Source of the DNA: Bigelowiella natans CCMP2755
Lineage: Eukaryota; Protista; Cercozoa
Direction: 5' to 3'
Length of the DNA: 64,000 bases
Assembly (NCBI GenBank): GCA_000320545.1
Contig: ADNK01002621.1
Location: forward strand, 63,624-127,623
Each line of letters opens with the position of its first letter. Position 1 is the first letter of the stretch. Below are positions 1-13,787 of this stretch, one piece after another. The translations under genes and the position numbers were made by a program. The notes under the pieces were generated by a model. The model was not told the DNA's origin and made no database searches. It saw nothing but the letters and a program-made list of their open reading frames with translations.

Positions 1-331
1 GATGCACCAATACAATGTGGCTGCGAATAAATGATCGACGCTCGCCGAGTCAGCAATTTTGCGTTGTGCGTAGTGCTGCGGCATTATGATTCTATGACAC
101 GTCCTCGCTCAGGCTCTGTGTCTATAATCGCAAATTGATCGCAAGGTGCAGGTATATGGCGTGCAAAATGAAATTTGATGTGCCTGTGCCATGCAGCATG
201 TGCTGCACCCAAACCTCGTGCACACCGAAAGAGAGTTGTGAATGTGCAAGATGGCCGATTGTTTCCGCTTTTCCTGCAAGAACCACTTTCTCCATTCCAG
301 CTAGTGTAACTTGTGTATGCATCGTTGCCCC

Positions 332-803
332 TTAGTGTGGTTTCTTGCGTCCTCCACCGTTTTGAAATCTCCCGCTGGAACTTGCTCCTCCGCCTCTTCC
401 TCCCTCATTCAAATACTGATCATTACGTTCGGTAGTATTGCCCTTGCTACTTGCTCTGAAACGTGTACGCAACGGTTCCAACGTTTGTGAGGTGGTCCAG
501 TTCTCAAAGCCAGGAAACAATGAATTTGAGAAGGTGGAAAATAGTTGAGCTGCCGCGTAAGCATCAGTTGCCGCGTAGTTTAACTGAGGACACAAAAAGG
601 TGATTGGTAGGTCAATAGTATAGTAGCAGTAGCTCACAAATCGAAGAATAGAGAAACAGAGTACAACCACGTAGTAATTGAGAAGAGGAAAATAATAAGA
701 ATACACCTGGCTTTGCTTCAGAGACTTCCGATCCCAAGATTGACGGCGTCGAGATTTTGCAAGCCGGAAACGCAAAAAGAACGCTACGAAAAAAGTTATT
801 ATG

Positions 804-838
<35 letters not shown>

Positions 839-2257
839 TATGACTATTCTCATCACTCCGCATCAGGCAGCACAAATACACCGACCTACTAACATAGCCA
901 ATGAATTCGTTTCCAGTTTAAAAGGGGCAACAATGCGGCGGAGGTCTAGAATGCCTTTTGCGCTTACCTGAATCATCAATACCATATCAGATACGTGAGT
1001 AAATATTTTGCCGCTACTGCGTTTCCTGATCATTCGAGTTATTACGAGAGATGATGCGATAATTCCTGTCAGTTTTCTTTCAACCCTCTCAATTTTCGCT
1101 CACGGTTTTTCTTATCGTATGTTGTAATTGGTGTTACTACTTACTGATTGAAAGTGCCAGCGTTGCAGTAGTTCCACGTCCTTCTCAATCCCAACACCGA
1201 CTTTTATGACGTTCTCATTTTCTGTCATCGAAGAAATCAACCTCACCCTCCATGCTCGTAATCGTGATTATTGTATTATTTTATATTCACTTCAAAGCAG
1301 GTCACTACACATTCATACTACTTTTGCACGACGACGAATATTCATGTACAGTGCAGAGGGATGGATGCACCAGCACACAGCACTCTTATAACATACTTTT
1401 TATGGTACTTCTTTCCCCCTTGTCATCATCGTCCGTGTGCAGTCATTCACCACATTGTACGTAAAAACACGTACATGAGAAAAGAAATAATACCCAAAAT
1501 GGTTTGAATTCTATGCCTAATGGAGGGGCTCATTTGAAGTAACTGGAACACTGCAGCTCGCTCACAAGTTGCAAGCTGCATAAATACAGAAGAGACGATG
1601 ATCGATGAAGTGATTCAAATTGTCGTCGGTGGAAGCATGATTACTCATCATCACCTGGAGAATGGCAGGGGGCTGAGAGTGGCGAGACGAATTCCAGCTG
1701 TGAGCAGTCTCTATGTCAAACCCTATATGCGTAACCGATTATGAAGACAATTGCAACGGTAAATAATGTGAAGGAAAGGAAGTAGTAGTCATGCAGCAGA
1801 CCAGGTGATGACTATTATCATCATCATCACCATCATCATCATCATCCTCATCATCTGCACACCTACCTAGAACCGGTGCTTCTTCTAGCCATGAGAGGTC
1901 TAATCGCTTCTCTGTGCGATTGTTCACCACAACCACCTCACCCGAAAATTGCATCTGAAAAGGAGGAGGAGGACAATGCTCTGTTTGAATTTCGAGATGG
2001 AGTTGTACAAGATAGAGGTACTGCTGATTCGCATGTAAGGTAGAACATCCTACTACCAAAGGCATTGATATGAATGCCGTGTAGTTTGAAACTTGATCCC
2101 TCCTTACGCCAGCCCATACACCACTTGCATTCACATATCTTGGAAATCCCTCTGGGTATGAGTATGGAGGCGACGGCGGCGACGGCGACGAAGATGATGA
2201 TTGTGGTGTTAAACCACTGACGATATATGACAACGACAAGGCAACGACAGAAGACAC
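332..2257 (-). CDS. WRN/EXD2-like DEDDy 3'-5' exonuclease (multi-exon; 5' start uncertain, between ~2260 and 2303)
   Basis: Spliced exons read MQFSGEVVVV..LEEAPVL|GFDIETAHSW..PPAILQ|LATCERAAVFQL..ENENVIKVGVGIEKDVELLQ..KGILDLRRIV..SLAML..SWDRKSLKQSQ|LNYAATDAYAA. These contain ExoI (GFDIE), ExoII (KVGVGIEKD) and ExoIII (YAATDA). Stop at 332. Confidence 0.85.
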
Positions 2258-2301
2258 CTCAGGGCTGCTAATTCAATCAAACTGACAGTTTAAAAACTTG
2301 C

Positions 2302-3052
2302 ATGCTAGTGATTTTCCACCGCTCATTTTTCGACACAGACATCATCACGAAAACAGCCCCCCCCCCCCCCCCCATCACACATGCACAAATCCAGGCGTCG
2401 CAGTGGCTCGCTCTGGTGAACCAAAATCCCGAGATTAGAAGCATATTCTCTTCCAAAATCGAGTTTCGAGTGACGTGTTTTAGGCTGGGCCACCACTTCT
2501 TCCGCAGGTGGATTACGATTGACGATCATGATGATCATGAATCATTATTACTTACGTTTTATTATTGTAGTGCTGAGATGGCGGGCAGCTTAGGAGCGGG
2601 TATAGCAAAGCGATTCGGATGGAAAGTAGTTGCAGTAGTAGTAGTAGTAGTAGCGGTAGTAATGGTAGAGTATTATTACGTTGAATTACAATCTCTGGTC
2701 ACTTCTTCTTCCTAATTCTAATTTCTATACGCACCATTGCTCATTGATTGATTCATTGATTGTTCGTTGTTGCATCCTCCCCCCCTCTAGGTTAATTTGA
2801 CATATCCAAAGCTAGAGGTACGGTGCGCGTTTCTCCTCATAGTAGTAGTTGTAGCGTGATAATAATAATAATAAATAGTAGGAGAAGTTTCTGATTCGTT
2901 GTGGCAACATGATGATTAATTATAATGATGATGATACGGTTATGCTCTTCCCGCCATTATCACCGAATCATGCGGCGATGAGAATATGAATTATGCTTAA
3001 AAAGAACAACATTGAACAAGGTACATCTGTGCTACAGAGGAGCATTATAATT

Positions 3053-3083
<31 letters not shown>

Positions 3084-3613
3084 TCATCACTATTGTTATC
3101 TTATTCATCAATACGTAGGTTTACCTGCACGTTTCCGACACAGACGTGATATCAGGAATAAGGTAGTCAATGGTGTTGTGAGAGTGAAACAACAATATAA
3201 CATCATCATCATCATCATCATCATCACTTATCGCATTGTTGGTACTCGTCCTTGTGAAATTCATGTACAATAAAGTGATGCTTGATCGAGTTGTAATAGC
3301 TGTGTATCTTAGGATCACTCCCTTCAGAACAGCTGCCAAAAGCGCGGAGACTGCTCACGGCGACGATTCAAAAGACGAAATCACTGCTGCTGCTGCTGCT
3401 ACTACTGCTACTACTATTAACAACAGTAGTAGCATCACCAAATTAACCAAAAATAAGGAATCGAGCAAGAATAAACAAATAAAGGTTATCTATGTTGTCC
3501 ATATTACTTCGTCACTATTGAAAGCGCGGTGATGGTGAGAGGAAATTCATGTTAACCCCATCACCATCATCATCATCATCACCATCATCACCATCATCAC
3601 CATCATCACCATC

Positions 3614-3661
<48 letters not shown>

Positions 3662-4721
3662 TATGTTGCTGATATTGACTACGAATATTTAGTACGCAAA
3701 ACGCAAAGGCAAGCACAAGGACCGTGGAACCCATTTCGCGAAAATGAAAACCGTATGTGTGTGCTGTTTGTCAATAACTCTCATATGAATATGTGCATCC
3801 GGTCTTCTTCTTCTTCTTCTTCTTCTTCTTCTTCTTCATCTTCTTCGCACTTCAATACCTGTATTCTTGCTGTTATCGTTAATTACAGGTAGCGCTGCAA
3901 TCAGCCATAGCGTATGGACTCACAAAGATTCCGTTGCTGTATCTTACACCTAATATCACAATTCATTCTATATCATCATCGTCGTCATCGGTGGCGTCAC
4001 TACCAGAAAAGGAATCAAAATCGAGTTATCATCGTCAGTGTCGGCGTCTTGTGCAGCGACAAGCAAAGGGAGAAACTATTGATTCTATTGCTAATACAGC
4101 TATTCTTCCTCCCCCCCCTGCATTTGATGTGGGGGGTGCTGCATCTTCAGGATCACTACGACGTGTAACAGCAAAAGCAGCTACTACATTATGTTCATCA
4201 ACATCCCTACTACTGTCTTCCTCATCCTCCTCCTCCTCCTCACCTTCATTCACGCTTGCCATCGACCCATTCGCAGGTAGTAGCATGCAGCACTGATGAA
4301 GCAGAGAATGGCAGCAGCAGCAGCAGCAGGAGAAATCATGATATCAATTAGTACCGTGAATAATACTCGTCCTTGCTTCGTATTGCATCATCATCATATA
4401 TCAAGGTACGGGGGCAATCGGTTTGTTTCACGCCCTAGGGTCCCTCCGCAATAAGGAAAGCACGCAGTCAAAGAGGGGGGGGGGGGATGGGCGCCAACGC
4501 ATCGATCGAAGAGAAGACCAAAAAGAGAAATCCAAGGAAGGAAAAATCAACGATGACGACGCCAATGATGATGCTTTCGGAGGACCACATCATCGGTCTC
4601 AAAAACTACAGTATTATCACTATTCCTTCCACCACTTCCACGATGATGAGAATGGCGTGGCCGATAATGATGAGGGCTCTCATGGCGATAGCAAGGCTAT
4701 AATAAATACCCCCCCTAGTGA

Positions 4722-4754
<33 letters not shown>

Positions 4755-4849
4755 CAGTGGTAGTAGCTTGCTTTCGTTGCGAAAAAGATTGTGGGGATCA
4801 GCTGTGTATTTCATTCTCGGTGATGCTGATGAAGATGCAGTTACAGCGG

Positions 4850-4881
<32 letters not shown>

Positions 4882-4889
4882 GCGCCTAG

Positions 4890-4923
<34 letters not shown>

Positions 4924-6152
4924 ACACCTACTGATCGGATCTTATGATAGCCTTCTTGCTGCTAAGACAGACTACCTCCTTTACTTTATTTTATAAACAG
5001 TGCGGACTGAATTGTCGCAAATCGTATGGCCGCTGTGACACCCTCAACTGGGACGCAAGGAGGTTGTAAAATGGGTTTATTTTTGCGCACGTGTAGTAAT
5101 GATTCCGCAATCAGCGTCATCGACATTCATTCTATCGTCGCCTCGTTCTTCCTCTTCCTCATCATCATTGCATTGTTCACTATTTGAAAACTACTCTTAC
5201 TGCCATTCAAGGCACCCCAACAACCCGGCAAAATGGAAAATGTCCTGATATTATTCATGCTGCAACAATTGCTATTATTAAATTGTTAGGCTCCCCGTTC
5301 GGTCTGGAGTGTGCGATGTTATTGTAATGCAATTAATATTTGTTTAGGTTATTGTAATGCAATTAATATTTGATATCTTTGCAAAAATATTATATTGATC
5401 TTTATTTAGGATCTGTTACACCATATTATGTTACTTTTCTACGTGATGCAATGTTACTTCGCATAGCACAGCAAGATAGCCCAGAGAATGCATTTGACGA
5501 GACTTTCCACACATCAAATCCTCCTACTACATTTAGATTACGGATGCTCCATTTGGTCATCGCTGTGGCAGCAAAAAAGCTATAAGAAAACTGTATGTGA
5601 TTGTGACTATAACTATAATGATGATGAGGATGATGGTTATGATGATGCAATTGGCGATGATGAAAGTAATGAAAAGCCATCTTCTCTCAGTTGAATGGCA
5701 GAAATACTAGTGAAACTGAAATTCATAATTGCTTCTATCTTCATTTGTTATAACATGTAAGTGGTCTGAACTCGGAACATTAGCATCTTTCATTTTGGTA
5801 TATGAAGATAAACATGAGAGCCATTGCTATTGTACATAATTACAGCTATCCACGAGCGATTGCAGAGTGCCTAAGGTTGCTGCGTAAAGGCGGAATCATG
5901 GTATTTTTAAGTGTTGATGAGGAGACAAACCTGGTTGATGCCAGCCTTAGGTACAGCAATGCTAGAAGTTTGTAGTAGTCGCAGCAGTAATGAACGCCAT
6001 CTTTAACTCCTATGATTGGTGTTTATACGTTGATCTTTGTGTTCATATTTCGTGATGGTTTCCGCAGATCTTCGGCTGCTTGGAAAATGTTGGACAAGAT
6101 TCTGATCTACATGGGTTTTGTGTGCATCGCCACCGTGGCTCAGAAGCGGTAG
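2302..6152 (+). CDS. THUMP-domain tRNA (guanine-N2) methyltransferase, THUMPD3/Trm14-like (multi-exon; N-terminus appears short)
   Basis: THUMP domain: FRVTCFRLGHHFF|SAEMAGSLGAGIAKRFGWKV|NLTYPKLEV. Methyltransferase part: ALQSAIAYGL, IDPFAG|TGAIG (SAM motif I), CDTLNWDARR|LPFRSGVCDVI|ITDAPFGHRCGS, YPRAIAECLRLLRKGG. TAG at 6150-6152. Confidence 0.85.
3559..3661. repeat. (CAT/CAC)n microsatellite, representative of dozens of intronic simple repeats ((CAT)n, (TAG)n, (CTT)n, (GA)n, (CA)n, (TA)n)
   Basis: Directly visible tandem trinucleotide array within an intron of the THUMP gene. Confidence 0.95.
5318..5372 (+). repeat. 30-bp tandem duplication spanning an exon/intron donor site
   Basis: gttattgtaatgcaattaatatttg occurs at 5318 and again at 5348. 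Confidence 0.9.
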
Positions 6153-7309
6153 CAAGCATGTTGGTGACATCTAACTCTTGTTGACCGACGAAAAGCTGGT
6201 TGTACAGATAATCATCGCGTCACTTCTAAAATGTGCCTTTTAGATCTTACCGATGAATCGAATATTGATCTTGTGGACAAAAAAACATTAATGGCGGTTT
6301 TATGTCGTACGTACTTGTAATCGCAAAATGATTCCATTGATCCAGACACACAGAAGATTTACATAAACTTCACTTGTTGTAATCTGCCATGTGGCGATGC
6401 ACAAGAACGCATGCTAGCATGCCAGCTTGATGCCAGTCTGAAACATCTAGACATGCGTGTCAACATTAATGATGTCTGTTCGATCGTCAGAAAGTGTGGC
6501 TGCATTCCACACATGAGAGTGAAATACCGGCAGCGTCATTTACAGTAGTGTGCATGCAAAAAAGGCAGCGCAATGTGTGTTGTGCTGCACACTGCGCTGA
6601 ATCGGAACAGCACCATATTGATTGAGTCACTAGGCATCCCGAAACAGCTGCATGCATGCGTAATGTATATCTCACTCTCGCCCCCTTTTGTGTTCATGAC
6701 TGCTTAGTCATAGTCAATCATGCATGTTGTGTATCGTAATCGAGCCGTACGCACGCCTATAATTTAATTGTATGCATACTAACCGCGCACGCATGTACCA
6801 ATTGGCCGTGGCTGTGCCTGTGGCTTCACTGTAATCTTCGGATTGTATGAATTTTGTACTTCTAGTACTTGAAATACTTCTAAACGTAAATTTAACACGA
6901 CATGTATGTGTCAATATTTAAATGAGAGCCATCAAGCAAAGATTGTACTTTCTTTTAGAAACATATTCACGTTGTCGGATAGAGTACTTTATAAAGCTAA
7001 TTGATTGTATTTTGAAAAATATATCATGCTAGTTTGAAAGAAAAGCGAAAAGAATTGTGAACAACCACTAAGAAAGCTGCGGTCCGCAAGTGTAACCCTT
7101 ACCATCCTTGAAATATTGATTCAGAGACAATATTACCACATTCGAGCTGATAGTCCAATTATTTACATCCCCTTTTTTTTAATTTGATACTATTTTTCGC
7201 AGCTGAATAGCTGTTTTGCGGAGTCATACTTCTTTGATTTTGTATGTATGTTACAAAAATGATGAAGTTTTATGATACAGATATTATTCTTTAGGACTAT
7301 TTTTTGAAT

Positions 7310-8839
7310 CTATACTCCAGAAGATAACTCAGGCATAGATAGTGGTGATGACATGGCAGCCATCCTGTTTTTGCGCGTCAGTGGTGGTGGTGGTGTTTGT
7401 GCGGTTGATTTTTGAAAGTTGCAAGAAGTTTTTGAGTAGTTTCCTGTCGTCATCATCGGTGAAGTAGTCCCATCATTTCGTATCACTATTTCTGTTGATG
7501 ATCTTCTTCTTCTTTCTCGCTCCGTTTGTAGGGAACGAAGTAGTCTTTTCCGAGGTCCAATTTTAGGAATGAATTCCTTCAGTTCCACCTCTGTCACAGC
7601 GCCATACAGAAGATCTTCTACGAAAATACCTTCATTCACCAAGTTGCTCATGATAAGATCTCTGTCACTCAAAAGCCGTGCTTTGATCAAAGTCTCCTCC
7701 AATGCCATTTTGGCATGTAACTCTCTCTCTTTTGTATACACCTGAGGAAAAGGGGAAAAGTACATTCCGGCAATCTTGCTTCATTTTATAACAAAATGAA
7801 CTTGATGACGTTGTGATGATGATGAGGATGATGATGGTTGTGAATGATATGATATAGCAATACTCACAGACAAAACACATGAAGTGGAGGACCAATCGAT
7901 ATTCCTGTAAAGCATCGCTCATCCTCTTCGCCACCATCTCGACGTGCTGATTCATTTCAAAAAAAGTCACGGGGATAATACTCAATAATATGTAGAAGAA
8001 AACCAAATAAAAGATGCCAACTCGGTAAAAGTCAATTTTCAGTGCATCAAGTGATTATTCTTTAGTTGCACAACACCTCTGGATACATGCTAATGCCAGA
8101 ATCAATGTCCTTAAATTCTTCCAATACTCCATTGGCCAGCTTTTGGATAACAGAAGATAGAAATGTGAGGATTACAAATCGATAGTGAGGTTTGACGTTA
8201 TTATTCTAGGCCAACTAGCCAGACCTTTGTATAGCTGTCTTCTTTGAAGTCAAAATCGAACGAAATCTCCTAGATATCAGATACACGATTTTCACATCAC
8301 AACTCATACCTTCTTGGCTATTGATCAACCTTTTTGAGACCATTCTCTTCCAAAGTGACTTCGACGTTAACCACTGAGGATCCATGCGAGGTTTTGGAGA
8401 CCTTGTTGGTAACGATAAATATATGAATTGTCGCAAATGATCAACTTCAGTACAACCTTAAGATCTACTATTGAGAAATTTCCGAGTCGATCTATTGGAT
8501 GCTGCTCTTGTTTGTATAAGGTACTCATACTAGGGAATGAGGATTCAATAGACTTGATAGTTTGCATTGATTCCAAGACTCTTCCACTTGCCCTTGAATC
8601 TGGAATGTTCAACATCGGAGTCATTCTTAATCCCATATTATGGTTTAATTGCGACTTTCGACATTGGAACCTGTGCTACAATCACTCGAGCGTCTTGACG
8701 CAGTTTCGAACGAGCTTAGAGACAGGGAACCAAAACTCTGTATTTTGGTCGAAGAATGAGTCTTCCTTCTCCCTAGATAACGCTGGTTTTGTATGTGAGA
8801 AGTTTTCTCCTCCTGGGATTCTTGATCGTTGAAATTCAT
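7310..8839 (-). CDS. Protein with WNK/OSR1 CCT-like domain and C-terminal SAM domain (short introns; apparent frameshift near 8645; 3' end may extend to ~7070)
   Basis: Exons VVNVEVTLEENGLKK|EISFDFDFKEDSYTK|LANGVLEEF..|HVEMVAKRMSDAL resemble the CCT pattern (IxFxFDxxxDTxxxVAxEM). LVNEGIFVEDLLYGAVTEVELKEFIPKIGPRKRLLRSL matches a SAM domain. Confidence 0.6.
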
Positions 8840-10039
8840 GCCCGAGCAAAAAACAATCTATCTTTCAATTCTTGTTACTTTGAAACTGCGAGATCGACTG
8901 TGCTAATATTTTTCGTCAAGCTTTAAGGGAAAACTGTGGATACTCGCTGGTTTCCTACTCGTTCCTCTTTAACCTTATGTTGTCGGAAACAAAACTAACG
9001 TGATTTTAAAGGTCGTAGAGGTTAGAATTACTTTCATTTTATCATTTCAATGAATCAAAAGTGATTTCGGATAGGGTTATTTTCAAGTGTCTGTGCCAAT
9101 GCTACTACTGTGGAAGAAGCGGGATAAATAGGCTGCGCCCATTCTGAACTAAACACCCGCAATATACATGTAGCCACATCTTTCACCAATAGATGTTACC
9201 ACAACACAAGGACGTACTTTCGATTGTTCTATCCCGTAGGTAACTATTGGTCCCAGAAAATGTTCAAACTGACGCAAGGGGGGGAGAAACCTGTGTGGTG
9301 TATTCAATGACGACAAGCTTTTAACCAAATATCGTGAGGAAGTGTAGGGGTTTTACGCATATTTTTTATTTGCAGGAGATAACAAGCGCAAAGCTTGTGG
9401 TTTGTCCTAGAATTGCAATTTCCTAGAATTTCACCCAAAATCAGCCAACTGTACAAATTCCAGCTCTAGAAATTGACAGGCGATTTTTCGGTAAAATTGG
9501 TTGCAAAGTGGTACCCCGTTAATCCTCCAGCAACAGCTGGTGTGAACTCCAATATCAGACCACAACTGCCCCGATTAAAATCAGTCCGTCACGTTTGTCG
9601 CAGCAGGTCAAATTAGTTTGTCTTCTTCTCTGATGTTGGCTATTACGAACCTTTTCTTGGAAAATGGCAAGCGTTACGTGAGATTTGGATGTCTTGCCGA
9701 ACTTTTATTTGTTGTTTTTGGATGTGCGACAAAATAAAAGTGACACCTCACCGAGACCTTACCTCTCTTCTTCCACACTATCGATCTGCCTGCCACCATC
9801 ATTCTTCGAGAGCTCGTCATTCACAAGTGGACGCATTGACGACACCGTGCTGTCCGTGTCAACGGTACGTAGTGCGAAGAAACGTGCTCTGTTTGCTTAC
9901 GTACATGGATGTACACACGAGATGTTACCACTTTGTCAACCAACAAAAGAGGAACGTACAAAAAGAGGCTACGAAAAACAATGACAACGGATGTGAGCTC
10001 ATGTCTTTACCAATTTTTTCCGATGCAGTGCATGGACTG

Positions 10040-13000
10040 ATGACAACCGGGCGTTACATCATCCTGCTTTGCTACTTCGCTACTCTCGCGATCTCGGTCA
10101 ATCATTCGAAGGACCCGAAAAGTGGCAATGAGGATGGTCCTCTTAACCCCAAAATTGCGATCGTTGGGGGTGGGATAGGTGGGTCGGCTGCAGCTGTATT
10201 CTTGCGATCCATCATTGGGGAAAAAATAGACATCACTCTTTATGAGAAAGAGGTATTATCAATGTAGTGTGGAGAGTTGCTCCTGGTGCTACCTCCAATA
10301 GATGTCCATCCTTCGGTCTTGTGGTTAGCTTTTGGAATCTGTGAAGGAATGAAGAGGAAGGAGCTGCCTTTGAAATGTTTGTTATGTTGTTTGATACCCA
10401 AATTTGTTTCCCCTAAAATGACATAGGACCACACATGTGGAAGGTTAGGATTACTTGAAGTAAATGGAAAGGTGATGTTGCTGGGTAGCGGAGAGTAAAC
10501 TCACGACTCTCTCTCTCTCTTTCTCTCTTCTCTCTTTCTCTCTCGTGCGCTTGTTAACATATCCACATAAATGAACAAACATGCATTCATAAATATTCTC
10601 AGTCAGCGGGTGTGTGTGCGGCGAGAGTACGAATGTATGGGTGTACGTACATTTAAAGTTGTTTGAATCCATCTTTTGCAATTAAATATAGTACTACAAC
10701 ACTGGCGGCTGTGTCGTGCACCCGAGAAACATGTAATACTGTCAGTGTAGCTAATCCTTCTGATTCTTAGCATCATTAACTATCCTGATGTAATTTGTGT
10801 TCGAATACGCTGTGTTACACCAAATGTAATTGGGGGACATCCAAATTCGTGTAAATGATATTGTACGAGCATTCTGTGCACCAACACTGTGATAAGCAGT
10901 GATATTTCTATCACGGAAGAAAGAAAGGGGGGAAGGGGGAAATTCATAACCAAAAAAATAACAATAATTTACTATTTAAAGGCACATGCAAAACCTTACC
11001 AAGCTAGCAGGGTTTCACCATGACGAAGATGGTAGTATGTAACTTTTTGACTGCTAATATCATCATTTATAACAACTCTCTGTACCATTCATGACGGTGG
11101 TCGTTGCTAACATTATGACTTGTCTCATCATCAGCTCATTCCTTGCTCATTTATATTTTTCCATACGAATTACAGGCGATGGCAAGATGTATTTCTATGA
11201 TCCTGCCTCGAAGACATTTCCTCTCAAGCAGACTGGGTAGAGGATTAATAGTGGTAGCAGTTACCATAGCAGAATTATCAATGAGAATCACCCGGAAAAG
11301 CTGAAGGACTCTTCATATAGCACAATAATTGCTTCTCGTTTTTTGTTCATTCCTTTGTAGATTTGATATACTTGATACAATGCTGGTCCTTTGGAGGTAC
11401 GGTCTTGGCCCTCTCCGTCTCAATGTAGTATTTTCAGACGCAAGATAATGATTATGAATGGAGACCAAGAATATTTGATTGATGCTATCATACTAAAGTT
11501 GTCCTTGTTCGCAGTGGGCAGTTGAAGCAATGCTTAAAGACTTTGACAATATCTACAAACTACAGGTATTATTATTACGATAGAGATCATATCGTGATGA
11601 TGCATGCTTATGTGTTGAAAAGTGATGGTGGTTGGAGCAGCAGCTAGCACCGAGTAGGATAACACTAGTCAATGTTTATTATTTCTTCCAGTAGCTAGTT
11701 CTACATGGCTTTCAACTACCACTTTCTAATAAGTTTACAACTACTACTGCTACTACTACCAGCATAATAATTATATGTACATAAAAACTCGGTTATATGA
11801 ATTACACCTCGGTTAATCCGCCCGATGAAATATAATTCGTAATACTGTACGACATGAATTGGATAATTTCATGCTTCAATCCCTTATTATTTACACGTAG
11901 GAGCAAGGAAGGGCATTCGATACAGTCGAAGAAATGTTGCATGCAATGGGTGACAACCATAAATCTTCTATTCAAAAATTATGGCTACTATCAAAGCACT
12001 CAAACCGCATCATTACGCACACATATAAACACACACACTCACTCACTCACGTGTATATGTGAGTATGCATGCAGGATTTAATGACTTCTATCTTTCGTGT
12101 GAATCATAACGATTTTAGACTTAATCATCGTTCATCGTATAGCTGTCATCAAACTCGATATTGTTGGCCAAAGTATGACTAAATTGTATTCAATGGACCC
12201 ATCATCTGGTTATCATCTTAGGGGGTGAAGAATTCGTCAGGATGCTCAAAATTCCTCTTAGGGACTATTTAGAAGAACGGGTAGTTGTTGCAGTAGAAGC
12301 ATTCGTGCTCCTACAACAAGTAGTAGTTCACATGAGCTCCTTCCCTTCTGTCAAAAACCTGCTCACAAACCCTGATCATCATATTGCCATCATTTTCTCA
12401 TTACGTGCGTAATAATAGGCGTTAAAAGATCCTTTGATCTCCGAATTTGCTGGAGTTGCCATGGCTGTCAATTATGGCCAAAATATACAAGTAGCCGTAA
12501 ATTAGCGTCATAAAAAGAAGATCAATTGAACGCATTTGCTGCTACAATTAAAGAGCAATGGCCGCTAAATACGCTAGCTAGACTGCTGCGGCGGTGAGGG
12601 TCGAATAACCTCCATCAATTGATCACAGTGGTTTTATCAATAGCTCTATCCAACTTTACCCCCTATTCTGTCTGCCTATGCTATTGTTCTACGTTGTTAC
12701 AATAAAAAGGACATGCAAGCCTTCGTGGGAATGGTGTCAATGGCAGGCATTCAGCCTGGACTTTGGAGGATTAAAGAAGGTGGTGATTACGATAAACATG
12801 TAGAATTTGAAGCCAAGGTGTAGAACGATAACAAACACCAACAACATGCCATAATGCTCAAGGCTGTAATGATGCACAGATGTCCTAATCTGTTCGTTTT
12901 TCCATTCTCGTTCTTTTCGCGTGGTAGCATCTGCAATTATCTCTTTGCTTGCTTGCCTTTTCGGCACTGACAACATGTACAACAACAACAACAACATTAT

Positions 13001-13726
13001 ACACCTTCCCTATCCTGCTGTCACGTCTCGTCGTCTTCTTGAAGGAAACGGTGCCATTTGCGACCGTTTGCTGTCCCATGCAAAGGCAGATGTGCGGTTA
13101 TCCACACCGGTGACTACCATCACGAGGATAGCCTCACCATCGACGTCAGCAGGGGAGCAACCGATGATGACAAAGTATTCGATAAAAACTGGGGAAAGGG
13201 AGGAAGAGGAAGAAATTTATGATGGATTAATTGTAGCAGCACCATTACAACTAGCGAAGATTCAGCTAATCAACTTTCCATCTCTCGAGGAACAGGGTGA
13301 TTATGATGAGGGTCACTACCATAGAACTGTTGCAACATTTGTTACCTCCAATATGGTCGATCCGACATTCTTCCAACAACATGATGGATTCGATCCAAAG
13401 AACCCTCCGGATATCCTAGCAATAAAGCCTGGTGACCAATTCTCAAGCATAGACACACAAGACCCAGCTTCTTATCCGGGTAGTAGCAGCACCACCAGTA
13501 GTAAGGAAGAGGAGCAAGAAGAGGAGTTTCACGTGCATAAGGTGTTTTCGAACATGCCTTTGGAGGACGATACTATCAATCGGCTGTTTGGTAAAGATCA
13601 TCATGGGCGGCAAGTTCATCCCGTCGAGTAAGCAAATAATGGATTCAAACCAGATATGACATGATGATAACACATGAGTGTTGGTAATCATACATATCTC
13701 TCCCCTCTCTCTCTTTCCCATTGTGG

Positions 13727-13787
<61 letters not shown>

